64,000 nucleotides of DNA from an uncultured Verrucomicrobiae bacterium (GCA_963707025.1 CAVPOM010000018.1:512001-576000), one strand, 5' to 3'; positions 28,389 to 37,998 are shown, numbered from the stretch's first letter. Program-made: numbers and translations. Notes: a model not told the origin generated them from the sequence alone.

Positions 28389-29876
28389 TCAGAGCAATCG
28401 CTCCAGCGCTTCGCACAGGGTCTTCAAAATCTGCACCCGGGCGAAATGTTTGTCGTTGCCGGCCACCACCGTCCACGGCGCGAATTCCGTGCTGGTGTGG
28501 GCCACCATCTCGTTGATGCTTTGCTTGTAGGCCTCCCATTTCTTGCGGTTGCGCCAGTCTTCGTCGGTGATTTTGTAGCGCTTGAACTCAATGTCCTGGC
28601 GTTCCTGGAAGCGGCGCAATTGTTCCGCCTTGCTGATGTGGACCCAGAATTTGGCCACGGCCATGTCCCGGTCGGCCAGTTGCTCCTCAAAATCGTTGAT
28701 CTCCAAGTAGGCCCGTTTCCACTCGTGCTCGCCGGCAAATTTCTCCACCCGCTCCACCAGCACCCGCCCGTACCACGATCGGTCAAAGATGGCCACCATG
28801 CCGGCCTGGGGAAGATGCCGCCAGAACCGCCACAGATAATGGTGGGCCCGTTCCTCATCGGTCGGCGCGGCGATGGGGATGATGCGGTAGAGCCGCGGAT
28901 CAATCGCCTCGGTCACCCGCCGGATGGCGCTGCCCTTGCCGGCCGCGTCCCAGCCTTCAAAGACGGCCACCGTAGAAATCTTCTTGATATGCGCCTCCCA
29001 CGTCAGCCGCGTCAGCCGCCCCTGGTACTTCTTCAATTCCTCCCCATACCGCCGGCCGGTCAGCTTTTGCGTCAGGTCCACATGGTCCAGGATGGTCTCG
29101 CCGGATTTGGCCCGCGCCCGCGGCGGCGGCGGCCCGGCCGCGGCCGCCCGGCCCTGGCCCGCCCCGCCATCCTTGAGGCGGGTTTGCAGCGCCTCCAGCA
29201 GGATCCGCCCGGCGGTCAATTCGCGGTAACGCCGGTCATTGGCCTCGATCAGGTGCCAGGGGCAGGGCGCCGAATCGGTGCGGCGGATGACCCGCTCGCT
29301 GGTCTTGATAAACCGCTCATAGAGTTTGAGATTGCGGCGATCGGCCGGCCGCACCCGATGCCGGGTATGGGGATCGCGCTGCAGATTCTTCAGCCGCCGC
29401 GCCTGCTCCTTCTTGCTCAGATGAAACCAGAACTTGACGATCAGCGCCCCATCCTCCGCCAGCATCTTCTCAAAGAAGGCAATGCGGTCCAGCTCCCCGT
29501 CCAATTCGCTGGCTTTGATCTCCCGGTAAACCCGCCCCACCATCGGCTCCGAATACCACGATCCAAAAAAAATCCCGATCCGGCCGCGCGCGGGCAAGGC
29601 GCGCCAAAACCGCCAGAACCGGGGCCGGGCCTGTTCCTCGTCCGTGCTTTGCGAGAAGGCGTGCGTATCCACCCCGCGCGGATCCAGCCACTCATTGAGA
29701 CGATGGACAAACTCCCCTTTGCCGGCGCAGTCCGCGCCGGAGACAATAACAATGACCGGGATTTTCCGGCCTTTCAGGGCAAACTGCGCCTCCAGCAGCG
29801 CCGACCGCATTCCCGGCACGGCTTCGTCGAATTCCTGTCTTGAGACGGTGCGCCCCAATTCAGCAACTTCAAACAT
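28389..29876 (-). CDS. pap: Polyphosphate:AMP phosphotransferase (two-domain PPK2, class II)
   Basis: MFEVAELG start; two PPK2 domains (SGADCAGKG / FEGWDAAGKG, FDRSWYGRVLVERVE). Confidence 0.93.
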   Translation of the reverse strand: MFEVAELGRTVSRQEFDEAVPGMRSALLEAQFALKGRKIPVIVIVSGADCAGKGEFVHRLNEWLDPRGVDTHAFSQSTDEEQARPRFWRFWRALPARGRIGIFFGSWYSEPMVGRVYREIKASELDGELDRIAFFEKMLAEDGALIVKFWFHLSKKEQARRLKNLQRDPHTRHRVRPADRRNLKLYERFIKTSERVIRRTDSAPCPWHLIEANDRRYRELTAGRILLEALQTRLKDGGAGQGRAAAAGPPPPRARAKSGETILDHVDLTQKLTGRRYGEELKKYQGRLTRLTWEAHIKKISTVAVFEGWDAAGKGSAIRRVTEAIDPRLYRIIPIAAPTDEERAHHYLWRFWRHLPQAGMVAIFDRSWYGRVLVERVEKFAGEHEWKRAYLEINDFEEQLADRDMAVAKFWVHISKAEQLRRFQERQDIEFKRYKITDEDWRNRKKWEAYKQSINEMVAHTSTEFAPWTVVAGNDKHFARVQILKTLCEALERLL

Positions 29877-30085
29877 AGTGCCGCCGATCTTAACCAGTAA
29901 ACCCGGACCACCGCCACAACTTTTCCCGGCCTTCCTCAGGCGGGGCGCATCCCAGTTTGTGGCACGGTCGCGGCGCGGCGCCTGACGCGGAAAGTTTGAC
30001 GACGTGCGAGCCTGAGAGAAGAATCCGCCCCCCGCTTCCAATTGGCTGGCGCGATGGCCCATTTTGGGTTATTCTTTGTCATCGC

Positions 30086-30871
30086 ATGAAAAAAATAATA
30101 GTCAGAATTGTCATCGGCCTGGTGGTTCTTTTCATCGCCGCCCTCCTGCTGGTGGGCCTTTTGCTCGACGGCATTGTGAAACGCGGCGTTGAAACGATCG
30201 GCCCCAAACTCACCAAGGTGGACGTCACATTGCACAAAGTCGGACTGTCGCTCTTTTCCGGTTCGGGCAAGATTGAGGGCCTGGTCGTGGGCAACCCGGA
30301 AGGCTTCACCACGCCGCAAGCCATCAGCGTGGGCAGCGCCAGCCTCTCCCTTTCACCCGGATCGCTGCTTTCGGACAAGATTGTCATCAAATATATCAAG
30401 GTGGAAGCGCCGGAAATCACCCTGGAATCCGGCCTCGGCGGATCAAATTTGAAAAAAATCCTCGCCAACTTGAACGAATCCACCGCCGCTGGCGGCAACG
30501 ACGCCAGCGCCGCCGCCAAACCGAAGGAAACCGGGCCAGGCCGGAAACTGGAAGTGGATGATTTCCTCCTCACTGGCGCCAAACTGCATTTCAGCCTCAC
30601 CGGCGTCGGCAGCGCGACCGTGCCGCTGCCGGACATTCATCTGACCGGCCTCGGCCAGGGAGACGCCGGCATCACGAGCGCAGAACTCACCAAACGAGTT
30701 CTGGCCGCCATCGAAAAGGCTGCCGCCAAAACCGCCGCGGACAGCGCGGGCTCCATCGCCAAAGGCGCGGCCAACGCCGTCAAAGGATTAACGGGCGGGA
30801 CCAACAATCCCATTGGCGGCGCCGCCAGCAAACTCGGCAAGGGCCTGGGCGATCTGCTCAAGAAAGAGTAA
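30086..30871 (+). CDS. AsmA-like/DUF748 family protein
   Basis: N-terminal TM, GNPEGF..AI, SLLSDKIVI, SNLKKILANL, LPDIHL. Confidence 0.75.
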   Translation: MKKIIVRIVIGLVVLFIAALLLVGLLLDGIVKRGVETIGPKLTKVDVTLHKVGLSLFSGSGKIEGLVVGNPEGFTTPQAISVGSASLSLSPGSLLSDKIVIKYIKVEAPEITLESGLGGSNLKKILANLNESTAAGGNDASAAAKPKETGPGRKLEVDDFLLTGAKLHFSLTGVGSATVPLPDIHLTGLGQGDAGITSAELTKRVLAAIEKAAAKTAADSAGSIAKGAANAVKGLTGGTNNPIGGAASKLGKGLGDLLKKE

Positions 30872-30931
30872 CCGGCTGACTTTGGCTTCGGCGGTTTCGA
30901 GGCGGCGCATTTCACATTTTTGGGTTTTCTT

Positions 30932-31015
30932 TCTTAATCGTAATCTTAATCTTGCTCTTAATCCGAATGCGGCAGGGCGATGCGATTAAGATTAAGATTA
31001 AGAGCATGATTAAGA
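30932..31015. repeat. Inverted hexamer-repeat hairpin (TCTTAA)n/(GATTAA)n
   Basis: tcttaatcgtaatcttaatcttgctcttaatc ... gattaagattaagattaagagcatgattaaga. Confidence 0.85.
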
Positions 31016-31050
31016 CGGGAAGCCAAAAATCTGTAATGCGCCCGGTTCGA

Positions 31051-31235
31051 GGGGCGCATCTTGACCCTGCTACCGCCTTCAGGCGCAAGAAGGCCACAGG
31101 AGTGCGGCCGTCCCCGGGCGCAGCAGCGTGGGAATCACGGCGCGGCGGTGATTTCCCTGAGCACCCAAACAATCCCTGGCTTGCTGCGGCCGGGGACGGC
31201 CGCACTCCGCCGGCAGCAGTGTCAAGACGCGGCCC
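31051..31235. mobile_element. MITE-like element with nested inverted repeats
   Basis: Outer 24-bp TIR GGGGCGCATCTTGACCCTGCTACC / GGCAGCAGTGTCAAGACGCGGCCC (4 mismatches). Inner IR GGAGTGCGGCCGTCCCCGG (31099) / CCGGGGACGGCCGCACTCC (31208). Confidence 0.75.
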
Positions 31236-31325
31236 GTTTCGAGGCGGCGCGCGGTTTGTGCTTGACTTGAAGGCGCACACCGGGCCAATGTCCAGGCCGC
31301 ATCCAACAATCCACCCACCACCGCC

Positions 31326-33560
31326 ATGACCGACTCCACGGCTCCCTCCCATCGCTGGGCCTTCTTTCGCGCCGGCGGCTTCGACCAGGTACGGCTCGAG
31401 TCCGCCGCCGATCTGATGAACCTGGATCAGCTCGACCAAAAACTGTGGGTCGCCCTGGCTTGCCCCATTGCCGGGCTGGACTTCGATCCCAAGACCGCCG
31501 CCCTCATTGACACCGACCACGATGGCCGCATCCGCGCCCCCGAACTCATCGCCGCCGTGCAATGGGCCGGCCGCGCTCTCAAAAATCCGGACACCCTCAT
31601 CCAAGGGGGCGACGCGCTCAGCCTCAACGACATCAACGACGCCGCCGACCACGGCAAACAAATCCTCGCCTCCGCCCGGCGTATTCTGGCCCATCTCGGC
31701 CAGCCTGCCGGCCCGTCCGTCACCCTGGCGCAGGCCATGGACGCCAACAGCGTCTTTGCCTGCGCGCTCTTCAACGGCAACGGCGTCATCCTGCCGCAGT
31801 GCGCCGACGATCCGGCCATTGCGGCCGTCATCAGCGAAATCGCCGATTGCATGGGCGCGGTCATTGATCGTTCCGGCAAACCGGGCGTTGACCAGGAGCG
31901 GGCGGACAAATTCTTCGAGGCCTGCGCCGCCTTCGACGCCTGGGTCAAACAGGCGGAGGCGAACGCTCCCTCGGTTCTGCCCGCCGGCGCGCAGACCGCC
32001 GCCGCCGCCGCCGCCCTGCAGGCGGTCAAGCCGAAGGTGGACGATTATTTCGGCCGCTGCCGGGTGGCGGCCTTTGATCCGCGCGCTCTCGACATTCTCA
32101 ATCGCACCAAGGAGGAATACCTTCCCATGGCCGCGCACGAACTGACCATAGACGCCAGCGAACTGGCCGCCTTCCCGCTCGCCCAGGTCGCCCCCGGAAA
32201 GGCCTTGCCCCTCAGGGCCGCTCTCAATCCGGCCCGCGCCGCCGCCGTCACCGCCCTGTTGACCGCCGCCGTGCAACCGCTGCTCGGCGACCGCTCTGAA
32301 TTGACCGAGGCTGACTGGGCGGCCCTGCAAGGCAAGCTGGCCGCCTACCAAGCCTGGCAGGCCGCCAAGGCCGGCGGCGCGGTGGAAAAACTCGGCGTCG
32401 CCCGCGTCCGCGCCTTGCTCGCCGGCCCGGCCCGCGCCGGCGTCAACGCCCTCATCGCCAGGGACAAGGCGTTGGAGGCCGAAGCGGCCAACGTGGCCAA
32501 TGTCGAAAAACTTCTGCGCTACGTGCGCGACCTCGGCCTGCTCTGCCGCAATTTCGTCAACTTCAGCGACCTCTACGTCGCGGGCGGTCCGGCCATTTTC
32601 CAGTGCGGCGCGCTTTACCTGGACCAGCGCGCCTGTTTCCTATGTCTGACAGTGGAGGACGCCTGCCGGCACGCCTCCATGGCCGGGCTTTCCGGCGCCT
32701 ATCTGGCTTATTGCGATTGCGTGCGCAAAGGCACGGGCGACAAGCTCGGCATCGTCGCCGTCGTTTCCCAGGGGGACGATGAAAACCTCATGGTCGGGCG
32801 CAACGGCGTCTTCTACGACCGCAAGGGGCGCGATTACGACGCCACCATCACCAAAATTGTCGCCAGCCCCATCAGCCTGCGGCAGGCCTTTTGGTCGCCC
32901 TATAAAAAAATGGTCCGCACGATCGAGGAATACATCGCCAAGCGCGCCGCCAGCGCGGACGCCGACATCCAAACGCAGTTGGCCAACGTCGCGACCGCGG
33001 CGCCGGCCGCCGGGACGCCGGCCAAGCCGTTGTTCGACCCCAGCGTCATCGCGTTGTTGAGCCTGGCGGTCGGCAGTCTGGCCGCGGGCGCGGCCACCGT
33101 GCTGGCCTTCCTCGGCAAAGTCCCGCCGGCGTTGCTGCCCCTCGTGCTGGGGGGCATTGCGCTGGTCGTCTCCGGCCCGTCGCTGCTCCTGGCCTTCATC
33201 AAGTTGCGCAAACGCAACCTCGGCCCTATCCTTGACGCCAATGGCTGGGCCATCAACGCCAAGGCCAAAATCAACGTGCCCTTTGGCGAACGCCTGACCG
33301 CCCTCGCCAAACTGCCCGACGGCGCCAGCCTCAACTCCACTGACCGCTATGCCGAGAAACGGGTCCTTTGGCCAAAATTCGCCGCCGCCGCCCTCTTTCT
33401 TATCTGGATTTACGCTCTCCTGGATTACTCGGGCATTCTTTTCCGCCTGACCAAGGACTGGGAAACCCCGCTCGGCTCGCCGCCGTCCAATTACAGATCC
33501 AATACCAACGCGCCGCCGCCGGCCGCCTCGCTGCCTTCGACCAACGCCCCGGCCAAATAA
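31326..33560 (+). CDS. Conserved hypothetical protein with EF-hand-like loop and C-terminal TM segments
   Basis: DTDHDGRIRAPE EF-hand pattern, VGRNGVFYDRKG, KLRKRNLGPILDANGWAIN, 3 TM segments. Confidence 0.85.
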   Translation: MTDSTAPSHRWAFFRAGGFDQVRLESAADLMNLDQLDQKLWVALACPIAGLDFDPKTAALIDTDHDGRIRAPELIAAVQWAGRALKNPDTLIQGGDALSLNDINDAADHGKQILASARRILAHLGQPAGPSVTLAQAMDANSVFACALFNGNGVILPQCADDPAIAAVISEIADCMGAVIDRSGKPGVDQERADKFFEACAAFDAWVKQAEANAPSVLPAGAQTAAAAAALQAVKPKVDDYFGRCRVAAFDPRALDILNRTKEEYLPMAAHELTIDASELAAFPLAQVAPGKALPLRAALNPARAAAVTALLTAAVQPLLGDRSELTEADWAALQGKLAAYQAWQAAKAGGAVEKLGVARVRALLAGPARAGVNALIARDKALEAEAANVANVEKLLRYVRDLGLLCRNFVNFSDLYVAGGPAIFQCGALYLDQRACFLCLTVEDACRHASMAGLSGAYLAYCDCVRKGTGDKLGIVAVVSQGDDENLMVGRNGVFYDRKGRDYDATITKIVASPISLRQAFWSPYKKMVRTIEEYIAKRAASADADIQTQLANVATAAPAAGTPAKPLFDPSVIALLSLAVGSLAAGAATVLAFLGKVPPALLPLVLGGIALVVSGPSLLLAFIKLRKRNLGPILDANGWAINAKAKINVPFGERLTALAKLPDGASLNSTDRYAEKRVLWPKFAAAALFLIWIYALLDYSGILFRLTKDWETPLGSPPSNYRSNTNAPPPAASLPSTNAPAK

Positions 33561-33579
33561 ACAGCCCCCCGCCAACACT

Positions 33580-34536
33580 ATGGCCCTTAAGATTCCCGAT
33601 GAATTGAAAGCCGATGTTCCGCAGTCCGCCTGGGGAAAGGTCCTGGCGGGCACGCCCGTCATCATGGCGGTCATCGCCACCCTCCTGGCCGGTCTGGCCT
33701 CCAGCGAAATGACCCGCGCCCAATATGACCGGTCCCTGGCGGCCCAGGAGCAGAACAAAGCCAGCGACGAATGGAACTTTTTCCAGGGCAAGCGCCTGCG
33801 CGGAGCCTTCCAGCTCAACACCCTCGATCTCCTGCAACAAGTCACCTCCGTCCCGCCCCTGGACTTGCCGTCCCTCAGAACCGCGTCGCAAAACGCCGGG
33901 CTGGCGCCGGAGGTCAAGTCCACCCTGTCCGATATGCTTGACTCGGCGGCCGGACGCCAGGCGCTGAGCGCCCTGCAGCAGGGCGGCCTGCCGGTCCCGC
34001 CCCCCGCGGTCGCGCTCAACCCCGATCTCCAGGCCGCCGTGGCGGCCCTGGAGGCCTCCCGCCCGGAAGCGGAGATCACGCGGCTGGCCGGCCGGGTCAG
34101 TCCTCAAGCCATTGACGACGCCCTGGCGGCGGCGGCCGACGCCGGGGGCAAATTCGACGCCGCTGTCAAACCCATTAACACCACGGTGGACCGCCTCAAT
34201 GATGTGATCGCCCGCGCGGCCGGCCTGGGGCCGGAGCGGCAGGCCTTTGCCGCCGCGCGGCTGCGCTTCACCGCCGCGCGCTACGAAGCCGAGGCCCGCT
34301 TCAACCAGACCGTCGGCTACCTTTATGAACTGAAGGTGCGCCAAAGCAATCTCTCCGCCGACCACCACCACGCCCGCAGCCAGCGGTTCTTCTACGGAAT
34401 GCTCGGGGCGCAGGCGGCGGTCATCATCGCGACTCTGGCCATGGCCTCGCGCCAGCGCAACCTGCTCTGGTCCTTGGCGGCCCTGGCGGGGCTGGTGGCG
34501 GTGGCGCTGGCCCTTTACGTCTATTTCTGCTTTTAG
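33580..34536 (+). CDS. DUF4337-like membrane protein
   Basis: AVIATLLAGLAS, QNKASDEWNFFQGK, C-terminal HARSQRFFYG..QAAVIIA TM pair. Confidence 0.75.
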   Translation: MALKIPDELKADVPQSAWGKVLAGTPVIMAVIATLLAGLASSEMTRAQYDRSLAAQEQNKASDEWNFFQGKRLRGAFQLNTLDLLQQVTSVPPLDLPSLRTASQNAGLAPEVKSTLSDMLDSAAGRQALSALQQGGLPVPPPAVALNPDLQAAVAALEASRPEAEITRLAGRVSPQAIDDALAAAADAGGKFDAAVKPINTTVDRLNDVIARAAGLGPERQAFAAARLRFTAARYEAEARFNQTVGYLYELKVRQSNLSADHHHARSQRFFYGMLGAQAAVIIATLAMASRQRNLLWSLAALAGLVAVALALYVYFCF

Positions 34537-34603
34537 CCGCCAGCCTGAGCGCCATTGCGGCAAAATTCCACAGCACCACTCGGAACCGCTCGTTCCGTGC
34601 CCT

Positions 34604-34627
34604 GTAGCGGCGGTCTATGACCGTCGC
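34604..34627. repeat. Single GTAG-type REP-like hairpin
   Basis: GTAGCGGCGGTCTATGACCGTCGC. Confidence 0.55.
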
Positions 34628-34963
34628 CAATCCATTCCTTCGTTGGCTTCTGTTCGCATTCGGGTGCCGTCCGTTCCCCATGATTTTGCCCGGGGATGAT
34701 TTTGCCTTCGAAGCGGCAGGGATGGCGGCGGGATCTTGAACGCAAAGGCACAGCGCGGCTGACGCCGCAACCAAAGCGTTGAGCCCGAATTGAAAATTTG
34801 TCATTGAGGATTTCTCATTTGTCATTCGGAAGGGTGGTTCTGAAAATTTTGCCATGCATGCGCAATTCTTGTGGATAGCACTCCAAGGGCCCAAAGGCGC
34901 AATCCCGATTCGGAATCGGGATGGCGTCTTGGCGACTTGGCGATGAAAGGTGTTTCTTTTCCA

Positions 34964-34991
34964 TTGACAGCCCCACTTTATATGCTAAAAT
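34964..34991 (+). promoter_or_regulatory. sigma70 promoter with no recognised downstream gene
   Basis: TTGACA-N16-TAAAAT with extended TG; GTG at 34999, 7 nt downstream. Confidence 0.6.
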
Positions 34992-35377
34992 TCGCATAGT
35001 GAGGACGGGAAAGGCAAAAGTGGCATCAGACGGCGGCGGGACCAGGATGGGATTCCCCCATTTATCATCCGGCTTTGGCCGCGCCGACGCCAGCTCTCCA
35101 CCACTCCCTCGCTCCGTTCCCCGCGCTCGCTCTTTGGCGACGGCGGATGTTTCAACCACGGCCGCAGGCTTGGCGAAGGCGCTTTTCCCCCTGATCGGTA
35201 TCGTAATCACCGAGCTTCCCATTCTGCATTTTGCATTTTGCATTCTGCATTGCCCCTCCAGCCGGTCAAACCGGTCAAACCCAGTCAAACCATCTTTTGA
35301 ACCGTGACCACCTTGACCATGAACCGCCACCCGTGGCGCCCCACGGTCCGATTGCATCCGTTCGGTTCTTCGACTTC

Positions 35378-35440
35378 AATAAAATAAAAGTTGACTTTAA
35401 TAAAATGAAGTATAAAATGAAACCATAATTTAACTTTATT
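35378..35440 (+). promoter_or_regulatory. AT-rich promoter/operator of the DUF2089 operon
   Basis: TTGACT-N16-TAAAAT overlapped by three ATAAAAT(G/A)AA direct repeats and an inverted copy (tttaactttatt). Confidence 0.65.
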
Positions 35441-35443
35441 CAA

Positions 35444-35767
35444 ATGGATACTCAGTCAAAAACGCGCTGGATTGATTTTGTGGAGGAGGAGGATTTGGCC
35501 TTTATCAAACGCTTCCTCCTGTTTTCCGGGTCGCTCAAGGACTTGGCCGAAGCCTACAAGGTCAGCTACCCGACGTTGCGCCTGCGCCTGGACCGGTTGA
35601 TTGGCAAGATCAAGGTCCTGGACGATCAGACCATTGAGGATGATTTTGAGCGGCTGCTGCGCGCTCATTTTGCCGAAGGAAACATCGAGGCGGCCAGCTT
35701 CAAACGCCTGCTGGCCGCCTACCAAAACCAGAAAGACCATGCTCATGAACAAAATCCCAAGCTTTAG
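35444..35767 (+). CDS. DUF2089 family HTH protein
   Basis: EDLAFIKRFLLFSGSLKDLA..Y.VSYPTLRLRLDRLI. Confidence 0.88.
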   Translation: MDTQSKTRWIDFVEEEDLAFIKRFLLFSGSLKDLAEAYKVSYPTLRLRLDRLIGKIKVLDDQTIEDDFERLLRAHFAEGNIEAASFKRLLAAYQNQKDHAHEQNPKL

Positions 35768-37106
35768 CTTCTTTTTGATCTGCGCCCTGGCCGTTTCCGC
35801 GCAGGAAACGGTTTCGGAATTCAGTTGGGACAAGGAGTCCGCCAAGCCGTCCTCACCCTTGGCGGGGCTGGCCACCGACGACGGACGCGCCTGCCTGAAA
35901 ATTGTGAGCCGGAACTCGCCAAACCAAACAATTCAACTGCTGGTCATCACCAACCCGGCGGTGTCGGCGCGATTTTACGGCGTGAGCGGCGAAGTCAAAT
36001 ACGACATGACGGACGGCAGCGGTTATCTGGAAATGTGGAATGGTTTCGGGACCAATCGTTATTTCACCCGGGCGCTCGGGGAGACCGGGCCGATGCGGAA
36101 GATCGCGGGAAAATCGGACTGGCGGCCGTTCCTTCTGCCTTTCGATCGCCGCGGCGCTTCCAACGCTCCCACGCAGTTGGATCTGAACTTGGTCCTCAAT
36201 GGCCGGGGTGAAGTGCTGGTCGGCCCGCTCAAACTGGTTCAATATCCCCAAGCCAACAGCGTGCAGGAGATCCTCTTCCCGGCCGCCGGGGCCGCGGAGA
36301 AGGAGGCCACGGTGCGCCCAACTCCCGTGACCGTGGATGGCCGTTCCTGCCTGAAAGTTGAAAACACCACCGGCCTTCCCGTGCAAGTCCACTTGGCCAC
36401 GCTGACCAATCCCGCCGTGACCGGACGCTTCTACTCCGTCAGCGGCGAAATCAAATATGACGGCGTGGAAGGGGACGGTTACTTGGAAATGTGGAGCGTG
36501 TTTCCCAGTGGACGATATTTCTCGCGCGGGCTGGAACCCGCCGGCCCGATGGGCAAGATCAGCCGCACTTCGGGCTGGAAGCCGTTCCTCCTGCCATTCG
36601 ACAGCAAGGGGGTCGGGGAAAAGCCCACGCAACTGGAGGTTAACCTGGCGTTGCCCGGCCGCGGCACCGTTTATGTCGGCCCAATCAAGTTTGCCGAAAA
36701 TCCCGAATGGAACAAATACCCCGACTCCGCCGGGATCGCCGCCGTCGTCCGGCAGGAGCTTTATTCCTCCGGCTGGTGGAGTTTCCTCATCGCTTGGAAG
36801 GCGACCCGGACCGGACTCCCATTGATCCTGGTTCTGGCCTGCCTGACCGGCTGGCTGGCCCACAAAGGCAAGGCCCGCGGGTTTGTCATGGCGGCGACGG
36901 GCGCCGGCTCGGCGCTCGGCGTGCTGGCGGCGCTGGCCGCCGTGGCCGCGCCGGTGGCGGGCCAGCCGTGGTGGGTTTGGTTCCCGGCCGGCTTTTTCGG
37001 CATTGTCCTGCTGGCGATTTTCCCCTGGCAAATGTGGCGTTATCGCAAGCGCTACGGGGCCTTGGAATTGCGCCGCATGGCTTCGCTGGACCAGTTGCGA
37101 GTTTAA
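35745..37106 (+). CDS. Exported membrane-anchored protein with a tandem duplicated ~130-aa domain and 3 C-terminal TMs
   Basis: Signal peptide; two copies of DGR.CLK..NPAV..RFY.VSGE.KYD..GYLEMW..RYF.R.L..GPM.KI...W.PFLLPFD..PTQL..NL.L.GRG.V.VGP.K. Confidence 0.85.
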   Translation: MNKIPSFSFFLICALAVSAQETVSEFSWDKESAKPSSPLAGLATDDGRACLKIVSRNSPNQTIQLLVITNPAVSARFYGVSGEVKYDMTDGSGYLEMWNGFGTNRYFTRALGETGPMRKIAGKSDWRPFLLPFDRRGASNAPTQLDLNLVLNGRGEVLVGPLKLVQYPQANSVQEILFPAAGAAEKEATVRPTPVTVDGRSCLKVENTTGLPVQVHLATLTNPAVTGRFYSVSGEIKYDGVEGDGYLEMWSVFPSGRYFSRGLEPAGPMGKISRTSGWKPFLLPFDSKGVGEKPTQLEVNLALPGRGTVYVGPIKFAENPEWNKYPDSAGIAAVVRQELYSSGWWSFLIAWKATRTGLPLILVLACLTGWLAHKGKARGFVMAATGAGSALGVLAALAAVAAPVAGQPWWVWFPAGFFGIVLLAIFPWQMWRYRKRYGALELRRMASLDQLRV

Positions 37107-37170
37107 CGGGCGCAGGAACCGGCCCAAATCTATGGTTGTATTTTGCTGTCGAGATGACAAAATGGGGTGC

Positions 37171-37992
37171 ATGAAACTGAAATGGATGCTGCCGGCGTTG
37201 CTGGCTGTTGCCGCCTTGGCCGCTTCCGCCCAGGATTGGGCCAAGGCCAGGCTGGAAAAATCGCCGCGCCACGGCGAATGGGTCACGGTGACCAACGGCG
37301 CGCGCGCCGTGCAATGCTGGGTGGTCTATCCTGAAGTCAAGGACAAGGCCACGGCGGTGGTGCTCATCCATGAAATCTTCGGCCTGACCGATTGGGCGCG
37401 CAACGCGGCCGATGAGGTGGCGGCGGCGGGCTGCATCGCCATCGCGCCGGACCTCCTTTCGGGCGCAGGCCCCGCTGGCGGCAAGACCAGCGATTTTCCC
37501 AACCAAAGCGCGGCCGTGGCGGCGGTGGGCAGGCTGCCCAACAATCAGGTCACTGGCGATCTGAATGCGGCGGCGGATTACGTCAAGGCGCTCCCCTCCG
37601 CCAATGGCAAAGTCGTGGTGGGCGGTTTTTGCTGGGGTGGAAGCCAGTCGTTTCGCTTTGCCTGCAGCCGGCCCGACTTGAAGGCCGCCTTCGTTTTTTA
37701 CGGCGGCCCTCCCGCCGCCGCGGACATGGAAAAAATCCAGTGTCCGGTCTATGGCTTTTACGGCGGCAACGACGGGCGGGTCACGCTGACGGTCAATGGG
37801 CCGGCCACCGCCACCTTTACCAACGCGGTGGAGCTGATGAAGAAAGCCAGTAAAACTTATGAGCCGGTCATTTACGAGGGGGCCGGGCACGGATTCATGC
37901 GGGGCGGCGAAGACCCGGCCGGCCGCGAGGCGGACAAGAAGGCCCATGACGACGCCTGGGTCCGCTGGAAGGAATTGCTGAAGAAGATTTGA
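37171..37992 (+). CDS. Dienelactone hydrolase family protein, exported
   Basis: IHEIFGL, GFCWGG nucleophile motif, GAGHGFMR, signal peptide. Confidence 0.93.
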   Translation: MKLKWMLPALLAVAALAASAQDWAKARLEKSPRHGEWVTVTNGARAVQCWVVYPEVKDKATAVVLIHEIFGLTDWARNAADEVAAAGCIAIAPDLLSGAGPAGGKTSDFPNQSAAVAAVGRLPNNQVTGDLNAAADYVKALPSANGKVVVGGFCWGGSQSFRFACSRPDLKAAFVFYGGPPAAADMEKIQCPVYGFYGGNDGRVTLTVNGPATATFTNAVELMKKASKTYEPVIYEGAGHGFMRGGEDPAGREADKKAHDDAWVRWKELLKKI

Positions 37993-37998
37993 AGCTGA

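Noticed and set aside
25956..29843. 1295-aa + strand ORF
   Set aside because: Antisense shadow of sulP and pap with no domain motifs; expected in high-GC coding DNA. The same applies to 19000-20898, 20844-22646, 22728-24956, 46413-48662 and 53464-55548.
34730..34790. c-di-GMP-I riboswitch (ACGCAAAG)
   Set aside because: No upstream GGCAAA..GAAA hairpin or P2 stem; lies within a repeat mosaic.
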